Part shown: piece after piece, positions 54,031 to 64,000 of the stretch | How positions within the stretch are numbered: the first letter of the stretch is position 1 | How the letters are laid out: every line of letters starts with the position of its first letter | DNA from: an uncultured Spirochaetota bacterium | GTDB lineage: Bacteria; Spirochaetota; Spirochaetia; SZUA-6; CAVTHK01 | Reading direction: 5' to 3' | Assembly: GCA_963734495.1 (NCBI GenBank) | Contig: CAVTHK010000003.1 | Span: 96,001 to 160,000 of the forward strand | Length of the DNA: 64,000 bases | Made by a program: the position numbers and the translations under genes | The notes under the pieces: generated by a model | Database searches by the model: none | The model's input: only the letters and a program-made list of their open reading frames with translations | What the model was told of the DNA's origin: nothing

Positions 54031-55433
54031 TCACGCGCCGGGCGTGGCGAGGGGACGGGCTTCGGAGGCCTCGGCGGCGCTCGATGCGAGCGTCCGCGAG
54101 TAGTGCGAGTAGTAGTGGGAGCCCTGCCAGCTCCTCTTGAGGGCGCGGTTGAACCCGTAGACCGCGGCGAAGGTGAACAGGTTCCTGAGGGCAAAGAAGC
54201 TCCGCACCATCCGGAAGGCGAACGCCCAGGGCGAGTACAGGTGGTTCTTGAGGTAGTTGTCGCCGCGGTAGACGCTGTCCTCGGAGGTCCCGCGGGGGCG
54301 ATGAACCAGCCAGGACAGCCGGTACTTGCTCCAGTCTGCCGGAAAGTCCGTGTAGATCAGGCGCTTTTCGTCGCGCATCTGATCGAACAATCTCGTCCCG
54401 GGAAGCGGCGTGAGCTTGGTGATCTGCGCCATGTCGACTCCGCCGTAGACGAGGAACCGGGCGAACTCGCGGTAATACTCGGAGGTCTCGCAGTCGTTGC
54501 CCACGATGAACCCCCCCATCACCGCGATGCCCCGGCGGTGGAACCGACGGATGACGTCGCGGTAGTGCGCCACGCCGACCTTCAAGTTCACCCCTTTCCT
54601 CATCTCCCGGAGGTATTCTTCCTTGCTCGTCTCGAACCCGACGAACGCGAACATGCAGCCCGCCCTGGACGCGAGGGCGAGGGCTTCGTCGTCCTCCGCG
54701 GCATTGATGGATGTCTGCATCCACCAGCGCTTGTTCATGCGGCGCTCGACCATGCCGCGGAACAGCGCCTTGGCCCGCTCCCGGCTGGCTTCGCTGTACC
54801 CGATGAGATTGTCGTCCACGAATGCGATGTACCGCCCCTTGATCTCCGCCAGCTCCTCGAGCACGTCCTCGGGATCCCGCTGCCTGTACTCCTTGCCGAG
54901 GTAGCGTGTGACGGAGCAGAAGCTGCAGTCGAAGGGGCATCCGCGCGACGTCTGAATGGAGCTCCAGAAGTAGCGCGGATCGAGGATATCGCGCCTCGGC
55001 CTGACGCACGCGCGCGCCAGGTCGACGTGGGGGGCGCGGTACACGGGCTTGAGGGACCCTCTTTCGAAGTCGCGCAGGACCTCGCCCCAGATGGGCTCGA
55101 CCTCGCCGACGACGACGGCGTCCGCGTGCATCGCGACCTCGTCCGGGAGCATGGAAGCGTGGATGCCGCCGATGACCACCTTGACGCCCCGGGCCCGGTA
55201 CATGGCGGCGATCTCATAGGCGCGGTTGATGGAGCCCGTGAAGCCGGTGAGCGCGACGAGGTCGGCCTCTTCGTGCTGGAACGGCTCGAAGTGCTCGTCC
55301 ATGAGCCTGACATTCCAGTCACGGGCGTCACGGCTGCCACGTACGCCAGACCGAGCGGGGGGAATGTGGTCGTCCTGCTGAGAAGGTACCCGCTCTTTCG
55401 TTCGACGGGGTTGATCAGCAGCAACTTTTTCAC
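54031..55433 (-). CDS. B12-binding domain radical SAM protein (frameshift near 55320)
   Basis: FPPLGLAYVAA, VVIGGIHAS, SRGCPFDCSFC, FVDDN, GFE, LTPLPGT; AGGAG RBS. Confidence 0.93.
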
Positions 55434-55707
55434 GACGGCTCCTGGGGCTAGTCTGGCACGGCGCGGCAGGTTTCCGCAAGCCCGACCGCTCTCGCGCCTG
55501 CTTCGCGCAACCGCGGAGCCCGCGTGCGTTGACCCGCCACGCGCCGTGCATTACGATTCTGATCGGGTCCGCCGTCGCGAAGGCGCGGCCGGCGCGGCAC
55601 CCGGTGGGAGGCGCGCCGCGTGTCCCTGGACGCGGACCGCAAGGGCGCTGTCGAAGAGACCGCCAGGCGCGCTCTGCCGCTGCCTTGTGACGGAAGGGCT
55701 GACAAGA

Positions 55708-58436
55708 GTGCCTGAGAGGAAGAGCGACAAGGACCTGCTCGCGGAGCTCCTCGCCAAAGGCTACGGGGAGGACGAGAAGCGCAAGCGCCGCGAGGCGGCG
55801 GCCAGGATGCGTCGTCCGCCGGCGCGGAGGGAAAGGCGTACGCCCGGTCCGGGCAGGCGCGCGAGCCCGTGGAGGGGCCTGCGGCCGAGGCCGCCGAGTC
55901 GGCGCGCCGGATGGAGGACATGCTGCCGCCGCTGCCTCCACAGGTGAGGCGGCGGATCGACCGCTATGCATGGCACCGCGGGTTCCTCGCCACCGGGATC
56001 GGCGAGCGGCTGCGGAGCCTCGCCACGGTGCTCTTTCCCGGGCTCGAGGACTGGGCGGGCGGCGCGCTCGTGCGGCAGCTCGTCGGGCCGGCCGGGCGGC
56101 GACGCTTCCGATCCCGGTTCGTGTTCGCTGCTGGACGGCCTGCAGATGCTTCCCGCCGCGTCGCAGGCGGCTGCTCGGGGGCGAGCGCGGCGGCGGGAGC
56201 GAGCGGCCGGCCATCCACAGGCTGGACGAATCGCGCGTGGGCGAGCGCATCCTCGCGAGTCTCAAGGCACGCGAGCCGTTTCTTCCTGCGCTGCTGTCCA
56301 GCCTCGCCGAGGGCGACGACGCGGCGATCCAGGCACTGGAGTTCACACGCATCGCCTACCGGCGCGGGGAGCGGGTGCGGGCGCGGAGCCTCGTGCGGCC
56401 GGTCTGCCACGTGTACCGCCTGGCGCTCGCGACGGACGGCCTCGATTCGGACCTGATCGCGCGCCTCGTGGACACCGCGAGGGACGTCGCGCGAGCGCAC
56501 GAGGTCGACGCGAGCGGCCGCCGCCGCGTCGACAACGCGTCGGCGGCCGTCCAGGTCTGGCTCGGCCGCCTCCGCGATTTCCGGCACGAGCTCTTCCCGA
56601 TCCTGCTGAAGTGCATGGGGCTGTTCTTTCCGGAGGAGTCGCTCTGGGCGGGCGAGCACTCGGAGGTCGTGCGCGGGTTTGTGGGTCTGAAGCCCGAAGA
56701 CATTCTCGACTACTACGGCTACCGGGAGACCCGGCGACCGTCGCCCGCGGCCCCTGGGCCGCCGGCCGCGGAGTCCGGCGGGGAAGCGGAGGCCGCCGGC
56801 GCGGAGCCTCCCGCGGCCGCCGGCGAAGGCGGATCAGGCGAGCCCGCCCTCGAGGAGCCCGCGGATGCGGGAGCGGAGGCGGCGGCCGCGCCGGAAGCGA
56901 CAGCCGAAGCGCCGCCGCCCGCCGCGGCTGCCGGCGACACCGAAGCGCCGGCGGGTTCCGAAGACGAGACGCTCGAAGCCAGGCGGGCGGGCGCCGCGTC
57001 GCGCGCGTTCGCGCTGCAGACGCTGCGCGAGCTGTTTCCCGAGAGCGGCATTCACCGGCTCGAGCAGTATCACTTCATCCTTCCCTATTTCGACATCCGG
57101 GTCTTCAGCAAGGATCTCTCCTTTTCGCCGGAAGTGCAGTTCCTGGCGCGCAACGACCCCATGTCGCAGATCGTGGTCCTGCACCGGATCATCGACAACC
57201 TGATCTCGTCGATCGACTCGATCGCTCTCGAGCAGGTCCTGGCGCCGACGGGCTCCTACCACGAAGGCCTCGGCGATCTCGTGCGGCAGTGGAAGGAAGT
57301 CTACACGGGCCTCTTCGACCCCTACCTCAGGGAGCTCGAGGACTACGCGCGCGCCGTCGAGATCGAGCACGGCGGTGCCGCCGCGCGCAGGGGGGAGGAC
57401 TACGCTCAACCGGATGCGCAACCACGCGATCCGCCATTTCGGCAGGATGATCGCGGGCCGCGGCCGGCTCGACATCTCCTCGGCGCCGCTGTACTCGCTC
57501 GCCGAGCGGCTCGTCGCCGAGTGCCGGCAGATCAAGGCCCTGATCAACACCCGGCTCGTCGCGGAGAAGGACAGGCAGGCCCTGGGCCTGCTCGACGCGA
57601 GCTCGTCCGAGGAACGTCGTCGACCTCGAGGTCAACGAGTACAAGCCCACGATCCGGCGCCTCCGCCGGCTGCTCCAGAAACGCGGGACGTCGGGCTGGT
57701 CGCCGCAGAGGGTGCACCTTGCAGTTCTTCGAGATCCTCTTCGCGGTCGCGGACCTGTACGAGTGGCTGCTCAACGACCCGGCCAGCTTCTACCGGATGC
57801 CGCCCGACGGGCCGCTGCACGCGGGGCTGGAAGAGCGGCGCCGATGGGCGTCGGCCCGGGAGGCGGCCGAGCGGGGCAGCGCGGAGATCAGGTCGCCTCC
57901 CGTGAGCGCGACGCCGGCGAGCTGGGCGGAGGATGCGGCGTTGCGTTTCCGGGCGCTCAAGCTGGCAGGGCGACTCGCCTTTGTTCTCATGGAGGTCACG
58001 GGCCGCGACGTGCTCGAGGACCGAAGGCGAGCCCGGAGTGCTCGCGCTCGCGGCGTCGTCGATCCCCGAGCAGGGCCCGGACGCTCCCGTCGATGTCGCG
58101 GTCATCGGCCGGGACCGCCTGCTCGCGGTCACGCCGCGCGGGACTCTCGTGGCGGCGGGCTGGGTCGACCGGTGGCGCACCGCCCTGTCCGCGCTCCTCA
58201 AGAAGCATCCGCTCTTCGGGGAGATCATCGAGCAGAAACGGACCCCGGGCCTGGGCGACCTGCGCGCGGGCGTCGCCGACGTCGCGGACTGCGCGAATCC
58301 GCGCGACGCGCTCGCCCGCGCCGAGGCCGCGCTGGAAGCGGCGCGCGGCGATGTCGGGCCGATCGCCGTCTGGCAGGGCGGCTCCGTGACGCCTCTCGTC
58401 GATTACGTCGCGCGCTTCGCGCGGCCCTTCCGGTGA
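55708..58436 (+). CDS. Large hypothetical protein, possible degenerate GGDEF-like C-terminus (frameshifted)
   Basis: Protein-like frames across ORFs 55869, 55970, 57375 and 57933; promoter TTGACC-17-TACGAT at 55529-55557. Confidence 0.6.
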
Positions 58437-58561
58437 GACCGCGCGAGGGCCGGCGGCCGGTCGTCCGGCCTCCCGTTCGAGCGGGGCAGGCGTGGCCGGT
58501 CCGGCCGGCGTGCCGGAGCGGGCGGGGCCGGCGAAGTCGGCGACCTCACCCCACTGGGCAA

Positions 58562-59632
58562 TCACCTCGTCGGCGATTCTGCGGTGGGCCGAAGGCATCG
58601 GCTTCGCGTCCAGCGCGGCGAGCGGCACCCACTCGCCGGCGCAGCCCGCAAGCCGGGCCAGGGCGTCCTGGCGCGCGCTGCGCTGGAGCCGCCGCCGCGG
58701 GCTTCCGGGGAGACGGCGTACACCCGAGGGAACAGCCGCTCGCGGTAGCGCGTGTACGCGTGCGTCCGCGGCCGCAGCTCGCGCGACGAGCCGCAGTGCG
58801 CAGCAGCCGCCTCTGCAGCCGCCTCGGCCTCGGCGAGCGCGGCGCGCGGAAAGGTCCAGAGGCCGCGGAAGAGCCCGTCGGCGTGGGCGCAGAGCCGCAC
58901 CGCGTCGCCGCGCAGCAGGACAAGCGCCACGCTCTCGCGGGCCACCACGCCCGCGGTCGCTCGCGCCGGGATCTCCCGCTCGCGGCCCAGCTCGCGGGCC
59001 CTGCAGCCAGCCGCGAGCGGGCAGGCCCCGCACCGCGGCTCCGCCTTGACGCAGACCCGCTGGCCGAGCTCCATCAGGGCCTCGTTGAAGTCGCCGGCCC
59101 GCCCCGCGGGCAGCACGCGCTCGAGGGCCCGCTGGGCCTCGGCGTCCGCCGGGCGCGCGCGGGCGCGGCGAGCAGCCGCTGGAGCACGCGCCGCACGTTG
59201 GCGTCGACGACGGCCAGGCGCTGCCCCCGCGCGATGCTGAGGATCGCGCGCGCCGTGTAGTCGCCCACGCCGGGCAGCGACCGCAGGTCCTCGTAGGCCG
59301 CCGGCAGCTCGCCGCCCCACCGCCGCGCCACGACGCGGGCGGCGCGGAGCAGGTTGCGGGCCCTGCTGTAGTAGCCCAGGCCTTCCCAGCGCGCGGGTCA
59401 CCTCCTGCTCGCGAGGCGGCCGCGAGCGACCGCGACGTCCGGGTACGCGCGCATCCAGCGCTCGAAGTGGGGCACCACCGCCTTGACGACCGTCTGCTGC
59501 AGCATCACCTCGGAGACCCAGACGGAGTAGGGGGTGCGTCCCTCGCCGCCAGGGCAGCGGCTCGCGGCTTGCGGTCCCACCAGGCGAGCAGGCCGCGCGC
59601 CAGGAGCCGCGCGAGGCCAGGGGCAGCGCCAC
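58562..59632 (-). CDS. mutY: A/G-specific adenine glycosylase (frameshifted)
   Basis: [52 protein letters not shown]...PRCGACPL...C. Confidence 0.93.
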   Translation of the reverse strand: MALPLASRGSWRAACSPGGTASREPLPWRRGTHPLLRLGLRGDAAADGRQGGGAPLRALDARVPGRRGRSRPPREQEVTRALGRPGLLQQGPQPAPRRPRRGAAVGRRAAGGLRGPAVAARRGRLHGARDPQHRAGAAPGRRRRQRAARAPAAARRARARPADAEAQRALERVLPAGRAGDFNEALMELGQRVCVKAEPRCGACPLAAGCRARELGREREIPARATAGVVARESVALVLLRGDAVRLCAHADGLFRGLWTFPRAALAEAEAAAEAAAAHCGSSRELRPRTHAYTRYRERLFPRVYAVSPEARGGGSSAARARTPWPGLRAAPASGCRSPRWTRSRCLRPTAESPTR

Positions 59633-59659
59633 GGCCGCCTTCCAGTCGCCGCGAGCCCC

Positions 59660-61101
59660 TTACCGCCAGGCGGCTTCCAGGCCGCGGTGCGGACCGCGCC
59701 GCGCAGGTGCCAGTCCGCGAGCCGCGCGAGCAGGCGGCTCTTCTCCGCGGCTGCCGCGGCGTCGTCCCACAGGTTGCGCGCTCGTCGGGGTCCTGCTCGA
59801 GGTCGAAGAGCTGGCCGCTGCGGCGAGTCGACGAAGTGCACGAGCTTCCACCGCCTCTCGCGCACCATGCTCATGAGCTCCGTGCCCTGCAGAGTCCCGT
59901 CGCGGGCGTGCTCCGCGTAGACGGCGTCGCGCGGCCGCAAAGGCGGGGTCGCCCGCGAGCGCCGGCACGAGCGAGCGCGGCCTCCATCGACGTCGGCGGC
60001 GTGCAGCCCGCGAGCTCGAGGATCGTCGGGCCGAGGTCCATGAGCTGGCAGAGGCCGTCGAGCGCTGCGGCCCGCCGGCGAAGCGGCCCGGCGCCCACAC
60101 CAGCGCGGGCACGCGGGTGACCGCGTCGTACATGGTCCACTTCTGGCTGTGGCCGTGATCGCCGAGGCAGTCGCCGTGGTCCGACGTGAAGATCACCACC
60201 GACTTCTCCAGGTATCCGCGGGCGGCCGAGCGCCTCCATGATGAGCCCGACCTGCTCGTCGATCATCGTGACGTTCGCCAGGTAGTGGCGTCTCTGCCGC
60301 AGCCTCTGCTCGCGGGTCGGGTGCTCGAGGTGCACGATCGAGTCGTGGTCGACTTCGCAGTTGTGCCGGATCATCTGCGCGCAGCGCGGGCGGCTGCGAG
60401 GCGATCTCCTCGTCGGTCACGGGCAGCAGGGGAAGGTCCCTGCCCTCGTAGCTCGCGAGCGCCCGGGGCGACCGGGTCATAGGGCGGGTGGGGCCCCGGG
60501 AAGCCGATCTGCGAGGAACAGCGGCTCCGTGCGCGGGTAGCTCGCGATCCACCAGCGCGCGAGGCCGCCGACGAACACGTCGGAGTGCAGCGCCTCGGGC
60601 AGCTCCCACTCGAAGGCGCCCAGCCGCTCCCGGTAGTCGGGCCTCCGGCGGTAGAGCTCCCGCTGCTGCTTGACCAGGCCGTGCGCGGCGAGCGCCTTGT
60701 CCCACTCGTCGAAGAAGTACCGGCCCTCGAGGTAGCGGTCCTTGTTCTCCACGACGTAGCGCTCGTGAAAGCCCATCGGCGCGGTGAACGGCGTCGTGTG
60801 CATCTTGCCGACGTTGACGCAGCGGTAGCCCGCGGCGGCGAGCTGCTCCACCCACCCGTGCCGCCAGAGGTCGCCGTTGCGGAACACGCCGGTCGTGTGC
60901 GGGGTGTAGCCCGTAAAGAGGCTCGCGCGCGAAGGCGCGCACGACGGTGCGGTGACGAAGCAGTTGGTAAAGGCGACGCCCTCGCGCGCGAGGCGGTCGA
61001 GGCTGGGCGTCGTCACCCACGGGAAACCGAGCGCGGCGATCGTGTCGAAGCGCTGCTGGTCGGTGATGATCAGGATGATGTTCGGGCGCGAGCTCTGCCA
61101 T
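59660..61101 (-). CDS. Sulfatase family hydrolase (frameshifted)
   Basis: [34 protein letters not shown]. Confidence 0.92.
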
Positions 61102-61179
61102 GGGGCGCACTGTAGCGGCGTCCGCCCGCGGCCGTCCAGACGCCTGTCGCGGCGAGTGCCGCGGGCCCGTCGGCGGTCG

Positions 61180-62086
61180 CTACTCGACCACGCTGCGCAG
61201 CTTCTCGAGGGCCTCCGCGTAGCGAGCTCTCGTATGTGTAGTCGAACAGGTGCCTCTCGACGACGCCCCGCGGCGTCGCGAAGCGCATGATCTGCCGTTC
61301 GAGGGCGCGGTCGATCACGGCCGCCTCGACTCCGTGCCGCAGCAGGTAGGCGTAGAAGCTCAGGCTCGGCCCGGTCCACGGGCCCGGGGCCGTAGACGTA
61401 GAAGATCCCGTCGAGGATCTGCGTGAAGGGGCTCATCGAGTAGTGGAAGACGCGGCTCGGCGGCTGGCGCACCGAGATGATGCCCGCTTCCTCGAGGGCC
61501 GCGCACATGCGGTCGATGAGACCGTGCACCTGCACGTAGGGGGCGAAGCTGCGCAGGATCATGACGAAGACGTCCGTCGCCTGATTGTCGCGGCGCGAGC
61601 AGCGCGGGGATGTCGTAGTTGACCACGTACAGCCCGCGGACCCGCTTGATCGACTGCTGGTGGATCTTCGCAAAGTCCTTCTCCTCGACCCAGACCCCGA
61701 ACAGATCCTCCTCGCTCATCCCCAGGCGCTCGAGCGCCTCGTAGGCGCCGACCACGGGCGCCGTCGTCGAACGCGGCCCCGAAGTGCGTCTCGAACGCTC
61801 GCTTCATCGTCGGCGTGAACGCCGCCCCGCCCTCCCGCGCGAACCGGACCCGCAGCGCGTACCGGCGCTCGACGATGCGGTTCGCGGCCATGAACTCGCC
61901 CGGCAGGTTCGCCAGGTACACGAGGCTGTAGAAGCCCTTGTAGGAAGGGTCCTCCCGCAGCACCTTGAGCATGCAGCTCTCCGTGCGCACGCCGTTGGTC
62001 TCGGGCCGCAGGTACAGAACGACGTCCTGCACCTCGCGGTCCACGCACGGCCCGGAGTAGGGGATGATGACGGTCGGGTTCCTCAT
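61180..62086 (-). CDS. Hypothetical protein, possible divergent nucleoside-diphosphate-kinase fold (frameshifted)
   Basis: Joined ORFs 61559, 61360, 60477 and 61070; VLYLRPE and VFHYSMSPF motifs. Confidence 0.6.
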
Positions 62087-62167
62087 CACTTCGAGTGTAA
62101 TGGAGGGAGAGGGTAAAGGTGAAGAAGGATGCCGCGCCGGCGGCCCCGCCGCCCGCCCCCGGCGGCG

Positions 62168-63225
62168 CTACGCCAACATCGCCGCCTGCCGCCGGAAGTG
62201 GTCCTCCAGGGCGAGCGCCGTCATCGCCTCGACGACCGGCACCACACGCGGGCAGATGCAGGGGTCGTGGCGGCCCTCGGTGACGATCTCGCGCGGGGCG
62301 CCGCTCGTGTCGATCGTGCGCTGCGGCCGCGCGATCGACGAGGCCGGCTTGACCACGATGCGGAAGAGGATCTCCGCTCCCGTGGAGATGCCGCCGAGGA
62401 TGCCGCCCGCGTTGTTCGTGACGAAGCCCTCGGGCCCCATCTCGTCGTTGTGCTCGTGGCCCCACATCTCGGCGGCGCGGAAGCCCGCGCCGAACTCGAT
62501 GCCCTTGACCGCGCCGATGGACAGCATCGCCTTGGCCAGGTCGGCGTCGAGCTTGTCGAAGGTCGGCTCTCCGAGCCCGGCGGGCACGCCCGACACGCGG
62601 CACTCGATGATCCCGCCGAGGGAGTCCTTGCGCTCCTGCGCGAGCGAGGATCTTCGCCTTCATGCGCTCGGCGGCCTCGGGGTCGCAGGCGCGCACGGGG
62701 TTCTTCTCGATCTCCTCCGGCAGGAACCGCTCGCACCGGATGCCGCCCACCGCCAGCGTGTAGGCGAGGATGCTCACGCCGCGGGCGGCAAGGAGCTTGC
62801 GCGCGACGGCGCCCGCCGCGACGCGGGCCGAGGTCTCGCGGCCGGAGGCGCGGCCGCTGCCGCGCCAGTCGCGGATGCCGTACTTCTTGAGGTAGCGTCC
62901 AGTCGGCGTGGCCCGGCCGGAACAGGTCCTTGATCGGCTCGTAGTCCTGCGAGCGCACGTCCTGGTTGAAGAGGATCATCATGAGCGGCGTCCCGGTGGT
63001 CCTGCCCTCGAAGACGCCGGAGAGGATCTGGACCTTGTCCGCCTCCTTGCGCTTCGTCGTGATCTCCGACTGGCCGGGCCTGCGGCGGTCGAGCTGCTTC
63101 TGGATATCTTCCTCGCCGAGGGGGACCCCCGGCGTCACGCCGTCGACGATCACGCCCACGCCGCGGCCGTGCGACTCGCCAAACGTCGTGACCCTGAACA
63201 TGCTGCCGAAGGTGCTGCCTGGCAT
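62168..63225 (-). CDS. aroC: Chorismate synthase (frameshifted)
   Basis: [43 protein letters not shown]. Confidence 0.95.
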
Positions 63226-63246
63226 TGGTACGCTCCGAGCTCCCGC

Positions 63247-63818
63247 TCACCGCCCCCGCTCGTGAGCCTCGATGGCTGCGGCGAGCCGGCCTTCATTTTC
63301 GTCGAGAGGGGCGGCCGGGTCCAGCGCCACGACGAGGTCCGCGATCTCCCTGTACCGCGGCTCCCGGGCGCGGGCCAGCGCGAGGAACTCGCCCCTGGGG
63401 TCCTCCGGGCCGACAAAGGCGGGGATGCCGCCGCGGACGACGCGCTCCCAGAGCGCCTCGGCGCGGCACCTCCAGGAGCACGGCGAGGCCGAGGCCGCGC
63501 AGGAGCGCCTGCGCCCCGGGATTGAGCGGGGTCCGGCCGCCGGCGGCGATCACGTGGTCCCCGTCGCCGACGCGCGAGGCGAGCCCGCGCAGCGCTTCGG
63601 CTTCCGCGTCGAAGAAACCCTCGGGCCCGAGGCGCGCGTAGATCTCGCGGGCTGTGATCTGCGCGCCGTGCCGTGGCGGCGTACAAGGCCTCCAGCACTT
63701 CGTCGGTGTCGGCGAACGGGCAGCCCCAGCGGCCGGCGAGGCGCCGGCCGAGGGTGCTCTTGCCCGAGTGTTTCATGCCGAGCAGCACGACCCGGTGACG
63801 GCCGCGGACCCGGCTCAC
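63247..63818 (-). CDS. aroK: Shikimate kinase (frameshifted)
   Basis: GMKHSGKSTLG, FADTD, VIAAGG; adjacent to aroC. Confidence 0.88.
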
Positions 63819-64000
63819 TACTTGACGTTCTCCTTGAGGAACTTGTCGCAGTCGGCGAGCATGTTGCCGATCTGCCGCCGCGACATGAGGAACTCGGTCT
63901 TGCCGTCGACGTAGACCTCGTAGAAGTCCACGTCGTACGGCGTGTACTCGATCGTGTGCACCCGCTGGTTGCCCTTGTTGAGGGTGTAGGTCATCGTGAC
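63818..64000 (-). CDS. 3' end of a hypothetical protein (possibly DUF4340-like)
   Basis: Open frame VTMTYTLNKG..YDVDFYEVYVDGKTEFLMSRRQI..KENVK*, truncated by the window. Confidence 0.6.
   Translation of the reverse strand, partial: VTMTYTLNKGNQRVHTIEYTPYDVDFYEVYVDGKTEFLMSRRQIGNMLADCDKFLKENVK

Noticed and set aside
55453-55470. sigma54-like TGGCAC
   Set aside because: GG-GC spacing is 9, not 10.

Overview
High-GC bacterial chromosomal window, probably from a free-living Spirochaetia-like genome. That taxonomy is an inference from the TatT-type TRAP system, a Leptospira/Bacteroidetes-type CimA and 'FARG' signal peptides. It holds about 50 housekeeping, metabolic and signalling genes; no rRNA, tRNA, CRISPR or mobile element was seen. 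Many genes carry single-base frameshifts in patches (about 8-22 kb, 34-45 kb, 55-64 kb), which look like read/assembly errors. Main content: a PocR-AraC regulator divergent from a URO-D/MtaA-thioredoxin fusion, a two-component system, a cobalamin riboswitch with BtuB-like receptor and TonB, cimA-ilvBH-leuCD, a TetR-controlled Lol/MacB-like export operon, PPi-PFK, add, purN, a heterodimeric ABC exporter, galM, TatT plus DctQM, mutY, a sulfatase and aroK-aroC. Most notable: (1) a complete Ile-rich leader-peptide attenuator upstream of citramalate synthase; (2) two paralogous Cys-rich V4R-GAF sensors, one wired to an adenylate cyclase and one to an HD-GYP phosphodiesterase, the latter in a radical SAM / enolase-fold / acyltransferase cluster (candidate lipid or small-molecule synthesis-and-sensing system); (3) a roughly 350-nt highly structured non-coding segment between ilvH and leuC; (4) recurrent leaderless-type promoters and sigma54 promoters.
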